Positions 63,580 to 64,000 of a stretch of DNA of 64,000 nt are shown in pieces. Positions within the stretch are counted from its first letter, which is position 1. Each line of letters opens with the position of its first letter. The notes under the pieces are model-generated. The model did no database searches. It had not been told where the DNA came from and saw only the letters and a program-made list of their open reading frames with translations. The DNA is taken from NCBI GenBank assembly GCA_020349945.1, contig CP070704.1, positions 509,700 through 573,699 of the forward strand, given 5' to 3'. Both the position numbers and the translations under genes were made by a program. This DNA is from Deltaproteobacteria bacterium (GTDB lineage Bacteria > Desulfobacterota > DSM-4660 > Desulfatiglandales > B25-G16).

Positions 63580-64000
63580 ATGGCCCGGTTGAGGAACTTC
63601 TTTGCAACCCGATGGGGGATTAGTGGGGTCGGGGCCTTTATTGGAGTGCTTGCCCCGCTCTTACAGAAATGGGGCAATCCCGGAAATATGGGCATTTGTG
63701 TGGCCTGCTTCGAGAGGGATATCGCAGGGGCCATTGGAATCCATCGCGCATCTGTTGTTCAGTACATGAGACCTGAGATTATCGGTTTTGTCCTAGGCTC
63801 ATTGATCGCCGCCCATCTCTTCAGGGAGTTTCGACCGCGAGCCGGCTCCGCCCCTATTGCGAGATTTGTGTTGGGTGCCTTTGCCATGATCGGGGCCCTG
63901 GTCTTCCTGGGATGCCCGTGGCGCGCCCTGTTAAGGCTTGCCGGCGGTGATGGAAACGCCATTTTCGGGCTGCTCGGGCTGATCTTCGGCATCTGGATCG
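63580..64000 (+). CDS. YedE/YeeE-family membrane protein (sulfur/selenium-related transporter family), 5' partial
   Basis: My own translation: MARLRNFFATRWGISGVGAFIGVLAPLLQKWGNPGNMGICVACFERDIAGAIG... This matches the YedE-type GNxGxCxACFxRD block. The ORF runs off the window end and is absent from the ORF track. Confidence 0.65.
   Translation, partial: MARLRNFFATRWGISGVGAFIGVLAPLLQKWGNPGNMGICVACFERDIAGAIGIHRASVVQYMRPEIIGFVLGSLIAAHLFREFRPRAGSAPIARFVLGAFAMIGALVFLGCPWRALLRLAGGDGNAIFGLLGLIFGIWI

Noticed and set aside
1-64000. Scan for CRISPR arrays, IS elements or transposases, integrases, and tRNA or rRNA genes.
   Set aside because: I saw no regularly spaced direct repeats, no transposase- or integrase-like ORFs and no tRNA-like cloverleaf candidates in the intergenic regions. 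Absence by eye is not proof.

Overview
This 64-kb chromosomal window looks like it comes from an anaerobic bacterium. Gene content suggests a Desulfobacterota-like lifestyle: multihaem cytochromes, tungsten-type aldehyde:ferredoxin oxidoreductases (AORs), an AbfD-type dehydratase, hgcAB and a Tat-signal superoxide reductase. This taxonomic placement is inference only.

The first 12.5 kb is housekeeping: obg-proB-proA-nadD-rsfS, an M48/TPR protease, cobO and ppiD. The rest is a mosaic of accessory modules:

1. An AbfD-like dehydratase is coupled to a RACo-like [2Fe-2S]/ASKHA protein.
2. Two convergent c-type cytochromes both carry EF-hand-type loops.
3. An AT-rich orphan triad consists of a ChlI-like AAA+ protein, a CoxE-like VWA protein and a wHTH protein.
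4. A redox island holds a Tat-FIST protein, a Tat NrfC-like FeS protein and two AORs. The second, GC-rich AOR plus a beta-grasp gene is bracketed by 128-bp direct repeats derived from the 3' end of an E1-like gene. A convergent operon encodes Tat-DUF362, an exported beta-sandwich protein, a membrane protein and two atypical ThiF/E1-like paralogues.
5. A DUF1573 gene has an in-frame TGA exactly where the family CGC motif has its first Cys, making it a candidate selenoprotein.
6. A long minus-strand operon contains a Clp1/Grc3-like P-loop protein.
7. A Tat-SOR gene and a transporter gene are bracketed by a repeated palindromic element.
8. A Cys-rich MarR gene precedes hgcA-hgcB. The HgcA cap-helix motif is non-consensus (NVWCSAAK) and HgcB has a poly-Cys tail. 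A MetH-activation-domain-like gene, an orphan EncFtn-like gene, LysR and a partial YedE gene follow.

I recognised no rRNA, tRNA, CRISPR array, transposase or integrase. All family assignments come from motif recognition by eye and need HMM or BLAST confirmation.
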